64,000 nt of DNA from an uncultured Candidatus Binatia bacterium (lineage in GTDB: Bacteria; Desulfobacterota; Binatia; Bin18), in assembly GCA_965200965.1 (NCBI GenBank), contig OZ241744.1:672001-736000 (forward strand). Reading direction: 5' to 3'. Below the pieces are notes generated by a model. It made no database searches, was not told the origin of the DNA, and saw only the letters and a program-made list of their open reading frames with translations. Positions 8,319 through 19,326 of this stretch are shown here, in pieces. Every line of letters begins with the position of its first letter. The first letter of the stretch is position 1. Position numbers and translations under genes: made by a program.

Positions 8319-11300
8319 TTATTTCCGCTTCCCGGTCAAGTCCCGAAGCGCCGCTCTTGACCTTTCCACATCAATCCGTTCCAGAAAGCGCCGGCCGATA
8401 TTGATCGCGGCGTTCTCGTCGGCATGACCCTCATAGCCACAGTCAAGGTACACGCAGGTGAAGCGAGATTGTGTGGTGTCTGGTGACATGGTAGACGACG
8501 GGGCTTGTCGCATGTTGCGCTTGACGAGGCGCTCAATATCGCGGCGTGGTCGGCTTTTTTTCTGAACTGGCACATTCAGCGGTCGTCTCTTCTTTTCGCG
8601 GCGAAACTTCTTGCACTCGCCGGGCGAATAATCAGTTCGTTCGAGAAGCCGTATCGTTCCGTCTTTAAGGGCAATGTGGCCGTCTTCCCCCACTTCGATC
8701 CTGTCTGGCATGGTGCGGAGCGCCTGAAGGGCGTTTCGGCCGCAACGGTGGCAAATCTGGCTGGTACCGGCGGGGTTCACTGTGACGCCGGGAAACATGC
8801 GGAGCGGCTTGGATGGGCCGGAAAACTGCCTTTTCTTGTTGTTCGAGGTGTGGATGTAGGAATGATCCCAGCTGTCCGCGGTAAACCAATGGTGGCGACG
8901 AACCGTCTTATGGGCCTCCACTTCGGAAAACGTGTAGCGACGCAGGACCGAACCGTAGATCATTTCCAGTTGACCGGCACCTGTCTCGAAGTTGACGACC
9001 GAGCTTTCGAGAACGGGAAATCCGCCGAAACGTTTGCACAGGGTCTCAATACGGTTGCAAATGTCGCCCACCACGTTTTCCCGGAAGCGCATCAGAGCCT
9101 TGGAATAGGTCTGGCCAACCTTCTGGTTGGGTTGACGTGAACCGCGGTGGCGACGGACCGCGGCCCTCAGTCTCCTGAAGGCAGGAATGGCGACGCTGCC
9201 GACCTCAAGCGGGTCCCGTTTGTTCTTTTCCACAAAGTCTCTCAGCGAGAAGACCGCATAGCCGATACGTCGCTCGCCAAGGTCTATGGCAACGATGTGG
9301 TCAAACAGAGATGGAGCTTCGGGAGACGGGCGGTCGTCAATGACAGGAATGGCAAGCTCGCCCCTGGTCTGCACCGGTTCTGCCGAGAGGCGTATCTGCT
9401 CACCTTCCAATTGCAAAGACTGTGTGAAAACCCGGTCGAGGATCAGCGTATAGTCGCCGAGTTTTATATTCTTGTCTGTCAGGGCGCGGTCGAGCCACGT
9501 CTTGAAGGAAGGCGGGCCGATCAGCCGGAAGGCCGGTTTTTTCGTGGCTCTCCAGCGTTTGAGTCCGCTTGTTGCGTTCTTCTTGACAGGGAGACCGGCC
9601 AGGGCCGGTGCTGTGCCGCCTCGGAGGTCGAGTTCGACATACCAGTCGTGGGGCGCTTGACACGCAGCAGGGCGCGCGTACCCGGCTCGGGAAACTTTGC
9701 CTTGCTCAAGCTCTGTGCTGTCTCGCACGGCAGAACGGCTTCGGCCTTGTCACGCATGACCGCGGAAAGCTCCAAGCCCTTGGATATTTCACCCTTGGCC
9801 GAAGAATAGTCCGCGGGCGGCTGCCAGGGGCGTTCCTTTGGGACATAAAACAATTCTTCGTGGTCAAGGCGCAGAAACTTCGTGCGCACGATGAAACCGT
9901 CACGGAATGCGCGAAACAACAGGCCCTTGATAGCGCTGTTGAACAGGTTGAAGGCGCGCATGGCTACATCACGCGAAACCTCCTCAACATCGAGTTGGGC
10001 GGCGAGCAGGGGAGGGATGTTGATGAAGACGATTCCCGGTTCCGGTTTTGCCAGATGGCCCGGTATACAATTGGGCAGACCGCCGAACCGTGTCGTCAGG
10101 ACAAACTCTTCTATCAACAGCAGATCGCGCAGAAGCGCATGGTCTGTGTTTGGAACCGCGTGCAGAGTCTTGCGGAGTTCTGTGGCCCGCTCCTCCAGCC
10201 ACGACAGCCAGTCGCTTGCGCGGGCGCGATCCATGTCGAGATCGTAAGCCTGGTGACGTGAGGTGCTGAAGGGATGCTGATAGAGGCTGCCCTTGCGGTT
10301 GTGGAAATAAAGGTTCGCTTCTTTCTTGTTGCGAAAGAGGGGCGTCATGGTGTCCCGGATTTGCTCGGCCACGCTTGGCGACAGCTGGCGCGACATGGCT
10401 CCGAGGCGGTTCAGCAGCCGCCGAAGTGCGTATTCAGCCGCACGAGCGGGTTTCATGCCACGGTCGGAGAGCGCCTTGTATTCGCGTTCTTCCAGAATAC
10501 GCCAGGGGTCAAGGCCGCCTGTATTGCTGTCGGCCCAGTCGGAGAGCCGCCGGAAGTGCTCGCGGCGCTTTTGCACGACTTCATTCAGGCCGGCTTTCAG
10601 GCGGCGGATCTCGCAGTCGGCATCGTCGGTTCCGCCTGATATGCTGTTCAGCTTGGGGGGCGTGAAATCCCTGGGAATGTCCTGCCTGAGCGATTCCAGG
10701 GCGTTTACACATTTCCCGTCTTGGGCGCGTTCGATTTCCTGCTGGATGTGGCTATCGAGCATGGCAAGTTGCCCAGCTAGTTCGGCCAGTTCGCCGGCGA
10801 CAGATTCAACGGTGGCGATATGCGCCGGTTCGGGAATATCGTCCCCGCTCAAGACAGCGAGCGCGGCTCCGGCCGTGTTGACCCGCTCAGGAATGCGACT
10901 GGAGAGGGCCCGAAGGCCGGCAGCATCGGTGTGCTGACCGGAAAACAGAAAGGCATTATCGGAGCCTTGCAGTTTTTCGGAGATAGTGATGTCCGGCGGC
11001 GAGGAATGCAGGTCGATCAGTTCACACAGGCGCTTCCAGTAGTTTGAGACCCAGGAGGCGATCTTGCCGCCAACGGAGCCGCGAAACTCGGCGTACCCAC
11101 GGGTGTTGAAAAACGGATTGTCGATGGGAATTGCGTCGGCAAAGGCTTTGAGTTGCGTGACCCGTCGCTGTTCCCCGTGTGGAACGACGAGGTCTTCCGC
11201 AATCTGCTTGATGTTCGATTTCCGAAGGTAGCCCAGGCCCTTGCCGAACAGCCAGGACAGGCCATTGTTCTGACCGGTGACAACACTGTCTCTCAGACTC

Positions 11301-12099
11301 CTTGCAAAATCACTCGAGGATGGGACAAGATCGGGCCTGTCTCGTTTCAGCCTGCCGGCGCAAACCGCTACGGCCTGATGCAGCCAGATTTCCTCGTTAC
11401 CGGTCATATCAACAAAGGGAGCTTCAGGATCGTAGGCAAGCGTACAGGAGTCCAGACCGGCTGTGGTTCCGGGTGGCAGGTTCCTGAGCTTCGGAAAGGA
11501 GTTGCCAAAATTCGCCAGATATTCACCGGCATGTGCCAGCGCGCCGGTTGCGTTGCCGGCGAGTTCCTTCCACCCGGAGAATTGGGCAGTGACTGTGTGA
11601 GCGATTCCTTGGGCCAGCAAAAATTCAGGCTGATCCTTCTCACCGTCTTTTGGCGGACGCTTGTTCCAGTCCTGAAACAGCCGTCGCGCCAGGGTGTCTG
11701 CCGACCACGCTACGGCCTTTCGTGGGACTGTGGCGAAGATGCCTTCGATTGATTGAATCGTAATGGCCGAGTTCCTGATTTCCGTATGGACGCGGAGGGC
11801 AGCGGCGAATGCGTCTTCGGGGTACCGGCTTCGGTTTCGGAACTGATGCGTCTCCCCGCCCTTGGAAAACAGGCGGAACCCGGATAGATGGACCGCGCAC
11901 ACCAAGCCGGTCAAGCTCCCGCGTGCAATCCCTTCGGTGATGTCATAGGTCCGAGTTGCCGCGGCAAAGTCCAAATCGCCGTCCTGGCGCTCAGCTTGAA
12001 TTTGTATGTAAAAACGCTTTCTTCCTGTCTCCGCGCAGCCGTTGCCACTTTGCGCCGCCAGTCACGCGCGTTCTGCCCACCGTGATATTCCCGTCTTAT
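8319..12099 (-). pseudogene. cas12c: Cas12c (type V-C effector), about 1260 codons, split by frameshifts near 11992 and 9660
   Basis: Three ORF pieces join into one protein: NARDWRRKVA...FKL, HLSGFRLFSKGG, NGLSWLFGKGL, FRGSVGGKIASWVSNY, QAPHDW, RuvC-I IVAIDLGE, RuvC-II FPVLES, Zn-finger CHRC...CVYLDC, RuvC-III HADENAAINI. Confidence 0.9.
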
Positions 12100-12328
12100 A
12101 CCTCTCCCAACTCGTCTGCTGAAAAGTTTTCCTACCGTAGCCCAAACATCGGATTTGAAACAAGCAAGGCTGGGAATCAAGCCGCCGGCACCGGAAGCGG
12201 GCCACACGCTCCCCATTATGTTGACGATGAGCCTGGACGTGGTATCCAGACACTTGGTAGAAAGGCGAATGATGCTCTCTTCCTGAGGGTATCATCGTTC
12301 ACCTTTAGGGGCGCGGGAGGAAGAAGGC

Positions 12329-13495
12329 ATGGCCGCTTCTATCAAGGATCAGGTCGCTGTCATTGGGACCGGCTGCATCAAGTTTGGCGATAATGTTGAC
12401 CAGGGCTATGAAGAGATGGTGGTTGAGGCGGCGTCTGCCGCTTTTGACGACGCCCAGGTCGGCCCCGACGAGATTGATGCCGGCTGGCTTGGCACATATT
12501 CGCCGGCCCAGGGGCACGGCAAGGCCGCGGTGTCGCTGGGTGATGCGCTGCGGTTGTACAACAAGCCGATCTCCCGGGTCGAGAATTTTTGCGCCACCGG
12601 AACCGACGCCTTCCGCCACGCGGTCATCGCGGTTGCGGCCGAGCTGTACGATATGGCCCTGGTGCTGGGGGTGGAGAAGTACAAAGACCGCCCGGGGCAT
12701 GGCTTGGCACGCGAGGGCGTACACCCTTACCATAACGACGGTTCGACCGCGCCTGGCCTGTTTGCCCTGGCTGCCACCCGGTATATGCATACCTATGGCC
12801 TGACCCGTGAGAGCCTGGCCAAGGTGTCGGTCAAAAACCACTACAACGGCTCGCTGAACCCCAAGGCGTATCTGCAAAAGACCGTCTCTGTCGAAGAGGT
12901 CTTGACTGCGCCCATTGTGGCCTATCCGTTCGGGTTGTACGACTGCTGCCCGACGACCGACGGGGCGGCCGCGGTGGTGGTGTGTCGCTCAGACTTGGCC
13001 AGAGAATACCGGGACGACTACATCCTGGTGAAAGGGGTCGGTCTGGCAGTGAGCAGCGGCCGGCCCTTTATGGACCCGGGTTACGATTACCTCGGCTTTC
13101 AGGCTACCGAGCACGCCGCAGCCCAAGCCTACGCGATGGCCGGCATCAGCGACCCGCTCACCGAGATTGACGTAGCCGAGGTCCACGACTGTTTCACCTG
13201 GACCGAAATCACCAACTATGAAGACCTCGGCTTTGTCCCCAAAGGCCGCGGCGCGACCCTGATTGAAGAAGGGCGGACCGCCCTCGACGGTGATATCCCG
13301 GTCAATCCGAGCGGCGGCCTCAAGTCGTTTGGCCACCCCATCGGGGCCAGCGGGGTGCGCATGGTGTATGAGATTGTGAGCCAGTTGCGTGGCCAGGCCG
13401 GCCCGCGCCAAGTCCAGGACCCCCGGCTGGGCCTGGTTCACAACGTTGGGGGGCCGGGCGCGGTGTCGTGCGTGGCCGTGCTGGGCCAGCCCTAA
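12329..13495 (+). CDS. Thiolase (SCP-x/archaeal-type acetyl-CoA acetyltransferase)
   Basis: VENFCATG, CCPTTDGAAA, AEVHDCF, NPSGGLKSFGHPIGASG. Confidence 0.9.
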   Translation: MAASIKDQVAVIGTGCIKFGDNVDQGYEEMVVEAASAAFDDAQVGPDEIDAGWLGTYSPAQGHGKAAVSLGDALRLYNKPISRVENFCATGTDAFRHAVIAVAAELYDMALVLGVEKYKDRPGHGLAREGVHPYHNDGSTAPGLFALAATRYMHTYGLTRESLAKVSVKNHYNGSLNPKAYLQKTVSVEEVLTAPIVAYPFGLYDCCPTTDGAAAVVVCRSDLAREYRDDYILVKGVGLAVSSGRPFMDPGYDYLGFQATEHAAAQAYAMAGISDPLTEIDVAEVHDCFTWTEITNYEDLGFVPKGRGATLIEEGRTALDGDIPVNPSGGLKSFGHPIGASGVRMVYEIVSQLRGQAGPRQVQDPRLGLVHNVGGPGAVSCVAVLGQP

Positions 13496-13507
13496 TAGAG
13501 GATAGCC

Positions 13508-14193
13508 ATGCCTGCAATTGTTGACGAAATCTGCGAACGTGCCCTTGAAATCGTTCCCCAAGTCCCGTGGCTGGTTGAGCCGCTGACGCCCGGGCGCGGG
13601 CGGGCCTTCATTTTGCAGCATATTCTGCGCAACCGCCTGTTCAGCGCGGTCATCCGGCCGGCCTGGATCAGCCGCTGCCCGGACTTGGCCGTTGTGCGGA
13701 AAACCATCGGCCAGATGCGCGAAGAGCTGGTATATGATGACGAGATTGCGCAGCCCCACACCACGCTGCTGTGGCAGATGGGCCGCAATGTGGGCCTGAG
13801 CAACGAGCAGATGGATACCACCCGGCCCGTTCCGCTGGTCCATGTGGCCCTGAGCGTGTGGGAACACATCGCCCGCACCCGGCACTGGGTGGCTGGCTGG
13901 CCACCTCGGTTGACGAGTTCATCCTGACCGCTCTGCCGGGCGAGCATAATTTTCGGGCTGAAGCCTGGAAGCAGACCTTTGATCTGAACGATGAGCAGGT
14001 GTTCTTCTTCAGCTACCACATCAGGGCCGACGACGACCACGCCGGCCGCAAGGTCTGGGAGCCGATCGCCCGGCATATGACCACCGACCGCGACCGCCAG
14101 GAAGTGATTGAGGGGATGGAGTTGGCGCTTACGGGCTGCACGCTGTTTTATCAGGGCATCTGCGAACTGGGAGACAAGCTCGATGCCGACTAA
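13508..14193 (+). pseudogene. Heme-oxygenase-like diiron (CADD/TenA/PqqC-like) protein, frameshifted near 13900
   Basis: REEL...QPHTTLL in one frame, VDE...FFSYHIRADDDHA in the next; restoring one CTGG unit rejoins them. Confidence 0.6.
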
Positions 14194-14959
14194 CCCCCAG
14201 CTCAAACGTCTGGTCGATCTGGCCGCGCCCTACTGGGCCGGCGAGGCCGAGGTGGTCTGGACGTATTTCCAGAGTTCCAGCCGGACGACCGCTACTGAGT
14301 TGGTATGGCTCCGCCGCCAGTGTTTTAAGGAGATCTGGGGCTCCGGGGTCGGGGATAAGAAAAAAGGGCTGTTTCAGGGTCCGGTGGCCTATCTGAGCCA
14401 AGTCTTTGAGCAGATTGACCGGCAGGTTGATCGTCACACCGTACTCGACGTTATTGACGACCTGCGCACCGAGTTTGCCCATTACTGCCTGTTTGCCGAT
14501 ATCCATGACTGGCTGAGCGGCGAGAAGCTGCACCCGGGCCAACTGCGCGGCTGGCCGGCCGACGACGAGCTGGCCCGGCTGCGCTACGAGTACCGCGAGC
14601 GGCGTGGCCGGCTGGGCTATTTTGCGGTGCGTTTTACCGAGGGCGGCTACTGTAGCATGTACTCGGCCGGGATGCGGCTGGCCGGCTCGGGCCCGCTGGG
14701 CGACCGCATCGCCCGGGCCTGTGAACAGGTCTACACCGACGAGATTGGGCACATGCGGGCCGGCTACGCCGGTCTGGCCCGGCAGCGGCTCGCCTCAGCC
14801 GAATGGCAGGATATGGCCTACATGGTCCGCAAGATTCTGCTGCAACGCCTGCATATGCGCAACGAGCAGTTCAGCCATCCACTGTCGGCCGGGCGTATCC
14901 GGACGATTGACGCCGGCGACATCACGCCGATGGAGTTTGATTACAACGGGCTGGATTAA
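14183..14959 (+). CDS. Ferritin-like diiron-domain protein
   Basis: TEFAHY, FTEGG and DEIGH (ExxH pairs); overlaps the upstream stop. Confidence 0.55.
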   Translation: MPTNPQLKRLVDLAAPYWAGEAEVVWTYFQSSSRTTATELVWLRRQCFKEIWGSGVGDKKKGLFQGPVAYLSQVFEQIDRQVDRHTVLDVIDDLRTEFAHYCLFADIHDWLSGEKLHPGQLRGWPADDELARLRYEYRERRGRLGYFAVRFTEGGYCSMYSAGMRLAGSGPLGDRIARACEQVYTDEIGHMRAGYAGLARQRLASAEWQDMAYMVRKILLQRLHMRNEQFSHPLSAGRIRTIDAGDITPMEFDYNGLD

Positions 14960-14983
14960 GGGCGGTCTGGACAGGAGGGGTGT

Positions 14984-15813
14984 ATGGAACTGGTAGCCTT
15001 GGACAAACAGGACCGGATCGGAACGCTGACGTTCAACCGGCCCGAGAAGCTGAACGCTATGAATCCGGCGCTGTTGGACGAGTTTTCCGAGGCAATTGCC
15101 TCGGTTGGTACCGATGAGGAGATCAAGGTTCTCATCATTCGGGGCGCTGGCCGGGCGTTTTCGGCCGGCTATGACTTGGCCGGTGGCGGGGGGGCAAAAA
15201 CGGTGGATGCTGACCGGACCGCACTGCAAAGATGATCGAACGCTGGCTCAGTCTGCGCGAGCTGCCCAGGCCGGTGATTGCACGGCTACTGCTTGGCCGG
15301 GGCGAGTCAACTCCGCGCCTGCTCGGATGTGATTTTTATGGCCGATACCGCCCGGTTCGGCTTTCCGTCGCTGTCGGCCGGGCCCCCGGCTTTGTGAGTT
15401 CAATGTGGAACTGGCTGGTTGGACCGCACCGGACCAAATACATGGCGTTTTTGCCCGGCAGCCAGCTCAGCGGCAAGGAGGCTGAGGCGATGGCTTTTGC
15501 CACCTGGACCTTTCCGGCTGAAACCTTAGAGGCCGAAACCTACCAGTACGCCCGGCCGGTGGCCAAGGTGCCGGAGGAGTGAATGTGTCGCCTTCCTCTT
15601 GACCTGATAACACGTTCACTCCTTGCGGAAAAGCTGTGGCTGGAAAAACTGGCCATCAATCGGGCGATGGACCTCCTGGGCTTTCGGACTGCGGTCCTGG
15701 CCGGGGCCGAGTACGACGCTATTTTTCACTTCGGCTCGGGCAATGACGAGATTCGGCGGGTCAGAAAAGAGCGCGGCTTGCACGGCGCAATCCAGTGGTA
15801 CGAAAAGCACTAG
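14984..15813 (+). pseudogene. Enoyl-CoA hydratase/isomerase, multiply frameshifted
   Basis: LTFNRPEKLNAM, GAGRAFSAGYDL, LPRPVIA and EKLAINRAMD spread over several frames. Confidence 0.8.
15575..15623. repeat. About 50-bp inverted-repeat insertion inside the hydratase pseudogene
   Basis: AGGAGTGAATGTGT (15575-15588) versus ACACGTTCACTCCT (15610-15623), 13/14 complementary. Confidence 0.6.
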
Positions 15814-15821
15814 GCTACCCT

Positions 15822-17090
15822 ATGCCACGCCTGCCCCGGGCCGATCCTCCGGCCGGATTTGCCACCGATGAATACGCCCCGACCAGGCAGTCGGTTGAGC
15901 GCCAGCCGGCCTTCTACCTGTGGTTTGTGGTCGGCCTTGGCTCGTGGTTTACCGCCTTTGGGATGCAGGGCGTGTTGTTCTCGTGGCTGGTTGTCGGCGT
16001 CTTGCGGGCCGATGCCGAGTGGGTCGGGGTTGCCCAGAGCGCGCTCATGCTGCCGTCGATTGTGCTGGTGCTGCTCGGCGGGATGGTGGCCGACCGCCTG
16101 GACCGCCGCTGGCTGCTGATTGTGCTGCACCTTGTGGCCGCTGGCCTGTCCGCTTGTCTGGTGGCCGTTGTGGCCAAGGGCTGGCTGTCGATGAGCCTGC
16201 TGATTGGCTACGCCCTGTGTGTCGGCACGGTGCAGGCGTTTGCCATGCCGGCGCGTGATGCCCTGCTGTCAGACGTTGCCGGGGCAAATATGCTGCGGGC
16301 GGTCGCCGGCATGACGCTGACGCAGTGGCTCTCGCAGGCGCTGGGGGCTTTTCTGGCCGGCAGCGCCCGCTGGCTGGGCATTGTCCCGGCGCTGGCCATG
16401 CACGCGCTGGTGCTGCTGGCCGGCGCACCCAGCTTGCGCAAACTGCCGCCCCCGCAGCTGTCCGGCAAGAGCGGGCCCTTACGCGCCGGCCTGGGCGAAC
16501 TGGTCGCCGGAATACGGGAGGTCCTTGGCTCGGCACCGCTGCGGTCCTCGCTGCTGCTGGTCATGGCGGTCGGGATCGGCTTTATCGGCCCCTATCTCGT
16601 CGTCCTGCCGCTGCTGGTTCGGGACTATTACGGCGGCGATGTGGCCCAGCTCGCCGCGCTCAATATGGCCTTTCCGCTGGGCACGATCTTTGGTGCGGGG
16701 ACCGTGCTGTGGTCCGGCGGGATGCGGCGCAAGGGGCTGGCCCAGGTCGTGGCGCTTCTCGCCGGGGCGTGCTGTGTCGGTAGCCTGTCGCTCGGGCTGC
16801 CCTTCTGGGGGGCTTGGCTGATGGTCGGGGCGTGGGGGACGAGCGGGTCTGTTTTTATGAGCGCCGGCCGGACGGTTTTTCAGGAGCAGGCTCGGCCTTC
16901 GCACCGGGCCCGGGTCCTGTCGGTCTACACCCTGGGCTTTATGGGAACGACCGGCCTGATTGGCGCGCCCCTGGCCGGGCTGACGGTCAATTGGCTGGGG
17001 CCGCTGCCGAGCTGCGCGTGCGCCGCCGGACTGATGATCGCCGCCGTCCTGGGAGTGGCCGCGGGCAGCCAAGTGACCCGCCTGGAGTGA
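15822..17090 (+). CDS. MFS transporter
   Basis: GGMVADRLDRR MFS motif; about 12 hydrophobic segments. Confidence 0.9.
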   Translation: MPRLPRADPPAGFATDEYAPTRQSVERQPAFYLWFVVGLGSWFTAFGMQGVLFSWLVVGVLRADAEWVGVAQSALMLPSIVLVLLGGMVADRLDRRWLLIVLHLVAAGLSACLVAVVAKGWLSMSLLIGYALCVGTVQAFAMPARDALLSDVAGANMLRAVAGMTLTQWLSQALGAFLAGSARWLGIVPALAMHALVLLAGAPSLRKLPPPQLSGKSGPLRAGLGELVAGIREVLGSAPLRSSLLLVMAVGIGFIGPYLVVLPLLVRDYYGGDVAQLAALNMAFPLGTIFGAGTVLWSGGMRRKGLAQVVALLAGACCVGSLSLGLPFWGAWLMVGAWGTSGSVFMSAGRTVFQEQARPSHRARVLSVYTLGFMGTTGLIGAPLAGLTVNWLGPLPSCACAAGLMIAAVLGVAAGSQVTRLE

Positions 17091-17119
17091 GACGCGACCG
17101 CCCTGTCGGCCGGGGGGGT

Positions 17120-19288
17120 CTAGTCGGCGCATAGGCTGGCCACCACATTCTGGACGAGGCGCAGGCCATAGTCTTCATCCAGGGTCAGAATCGACTCGGG
17201 ATGAAACTGGACCGCGGCAATCGGCAGCTCGCTATGCTCAACCGCCATGACCACGCCGTCATCGCTCTCCGCGGTGATACACAGTTGGGACGGGAGCCGG
17301 TCTTTGCGGGCGAACAGCGAATGATAGCGACCTGCTGTCAACTCTCGCGGCAGCCCCTCAAAAATCCGCCCGCCCAGAACCCGGACCAACGAGGCTTTGC
17401 CGTGCATCGGGTAGGACAACACCGACAGTTCGCCGCCAAAGTGTTCGACAATCCCCTGTAAACCCAGACACACGCCAAAAACGGGCAGCCGGCGTTTGAG
17501 GACAGCCGCCAGTGTGCCGGAAACATCAAAATCTGAAGGTTGGCCCGGCCCGGGCGACAGGACGACGAGGTCGGGCCGCTGGGCATCAAACTCGTGGTGT
17601 GGAAAACCGGCCCGCAGGGTCAGGACCTCGGCCCCGGTCTGACGCAGATAGTTGGCCAGGGTATGGACAAAGGAGTCTTGATGGTCAACCAGCAGAATCC
17701 GTTTGCCCCGGCCCGGGCTGTTGACCTCCGGCGGTCGCTCGCCCCGGCTCTCGCGCGGGCGACGAATAGCATCCAGGAAGGCCGCGGCCTTGATATGGGT
17801 TTCGCGTTCTTCGTCGTCCGGGTCGGAGTCATATAACAGGGTAGCCCCAGCTCGGACCTCGGCCACGCCATCTTTGAGCCGAATCGTGCGCAGGGTCAGC
17901 CCCGTGTTCATGGTGCCGCTAAAGCCCAGCAGGCCGACGGCCCCGCCGTACCAGGCGCGGGGAGACTTTTCATGATCCTCGATAAACTGCATGGCCCACG
18001 CTTTTGGCGCGCCAGTGACTGTCACCGCCCAGGTGTGGGCCAAAAATGCGTCCAGGGCGTCAAACTCGGATCGCAGCCGGCCTTCAACATGATCGACGGT
18101 GTGGATCAAGCGCGAGTACATCTCGATCTGTCGCCGGCCAATCACCCGCACGCTGCCCGGCTGACAGATGCGGGACTTGTCGTTGCGGTCTACATCCGTA
18201 CACATGGTCAGCTCGGACTCATCTTTGCGCGAGTTGAGCAGCCGCAGGATTTGGCTGGCATCGCTGATCGGGTCCCGGCCACGCGCGATTGTGCCGGAAA
18301 TCGGGCAGGTCTCCACCCGATCGCCCTCGACCCGGACGTACATTTCCGGGGAGGCACCGACCAGATATTCGGCGTGGCCGAGGTTAAGCAGAAACCCATA
18401 CGGAGAAGGGTTGCGATCGCGCAGACGCCGAAACAGCTCGGAGGGCGGAGCAGGGCAGGCCTCAAAAAAGGTCTGGCCCGGCACGACCTCAAACAGCTCG
18501 CCACGCTGAAACGCCTGGCGGGCTCCCCGAACGCCCTCGGCATATTCGCCCGGTTGATGATCGCAGCCCTCGGCGACGGCGTCGGTCGCGTGGTAGGGCT
18601 GGCTCGGCCCGACGCGTGGCAGCCTGGAAGTAGAGCGCCTGTCACACTCGAAATCGTAACGATAGCGCAGGGCTTGTTCGCGTTGGTGGTCAATCACCAT
18701 GACTTCATCGGGAATGTACAACACCAGGTCGCGTTGATCCTTGGGGCGGGGCAGACGCAGGCGCAGGGGTTCAAACTGAAAGGCCAGATCATAGCCAAAA
18801 GCGCCGTACAGCCCGAGTCGGCTGTCCTCATCCGAGGCAAACAGCGCAATGAGCGTGCGCAGCAGCGAAAAGACCGACGGCTGTTTGCTGCGCTGCTCTT
18901 CGGCAAAACGGCCCGCCGCCTGCCGAATCGTGCCCGCTATATGGCCTTCGTCACGCTCGGACGAGGCGATCGCCGGCAGGGCTTCAAGCGCCCGGGCGAT
19001 CGCCGGCAGGAGTACTTGGCCGCGTTCGTTCAGGGCCGACAGCCGAAATTCCCGTTGCCGGCAACTCAGGGCCAGGGGCGGGTTCACAAAGCCTATGTCC
19101 CAGCGCGTGTAGCGGCCCGGATACTCATAGCTTGACGCCAGGAGTATGCCGCGCTGGCTATCGAGGCCGTCAATGATCGGCTCAATAGCGTCCTGAAGCG
19201 GGATGCTGTCAATGCGGCGACGAATAGCAATCCCGCCCCGGGTGCGATAGGCGTGCAGGCCAGGGATGGGGAGGGCTGTCTCGGCCAT
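17120..19288 (-). CDS. trpE: Fused anthranilate synthase TrpE(G)
   Basis: SSYEYPGRY, NPSPY, GASPEM, CTDVDRNDK, followed by GATase DHQDSF, LSPGPG, GVCLG, QFHPES. Confidence 0.95.
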   Translation of the reverse strand: MAETALPIPGLHAYRTRGGIAIRRRIDSIPLQDAIEPIIDGLDSQRGILLASSYEYPGRYTRWDIGFVNPPLALSCRQREFRLSALNERGQVLLPAIARALEALPAIASSERDEGHIAGTIRQAAGRFAEEQRSKQPSVFSLLRTLIALFASDEDSRLGLYGAFGYDLAFQFEPLRLRLPRPKDQRDLVLYIPDEVMVIDHQREQALRYRYDFECDRRSTSRLPRVGPSQPYHATDAVAEGCDHQPGEYAEGVRGARQAFQRGELFEVVPGQTFFEACPAPPSELFRRLRDRNPSPYGFLLNLGHAEYLVGASPEMYVRVEGDRVETCPISGTIARGRDPISDASQILRLLNSRKDESELTMCTDVDRNDKSRICQPGSVRVIGRRQIEMYSRLIHTVDHVEGRLRSEFDALDAFLAHTWAVTVTGAPKAWAMQFIEDHEKSPRAWYGGAVGLLGFSGTMNTGLTLRTIRLKDGVAEVRAGATLLYDSDPDDEERETHIKAAAFLDAIRRPRESRGERPPEVNSPGRGKRILLVDHQDSFVHTLANYLRQTGAEVLTLRAGFPHHEFDAQRPDLVVLSPGPGQPSDFDVSGTLAAVLKRRLPVFGVCLGLQGIVEHFGGELSVLSYPMHGKASLVRVLGGRIFEGLPRELTAGRYHSLFARKDRLPSQLCITAESDDGVVMAVEHSELPIAAVQFHPESILTLDEDYGLRLVQNVVASLCAD

Positions 19289-19326
19289 GAATCCTTCCTC
19301 CTTCGTCCTGTACACGGGTGTAGCCC

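Noticed and set aside
8319-9728. 469-aa RuvC ORF as a stand-alone TnpB or miniature Cas12
   Set aside because: It continues the upstream 817-aa ORF across a frameshift near 9660, and no IS ends are visible
6532-12099. Type V-D (Cas12d/CasY) assignment
   Set aside because: V-D shares short spacers and solo Cas1, but the effector motifs, GAGG repeat end and tracr motif fit V-C better
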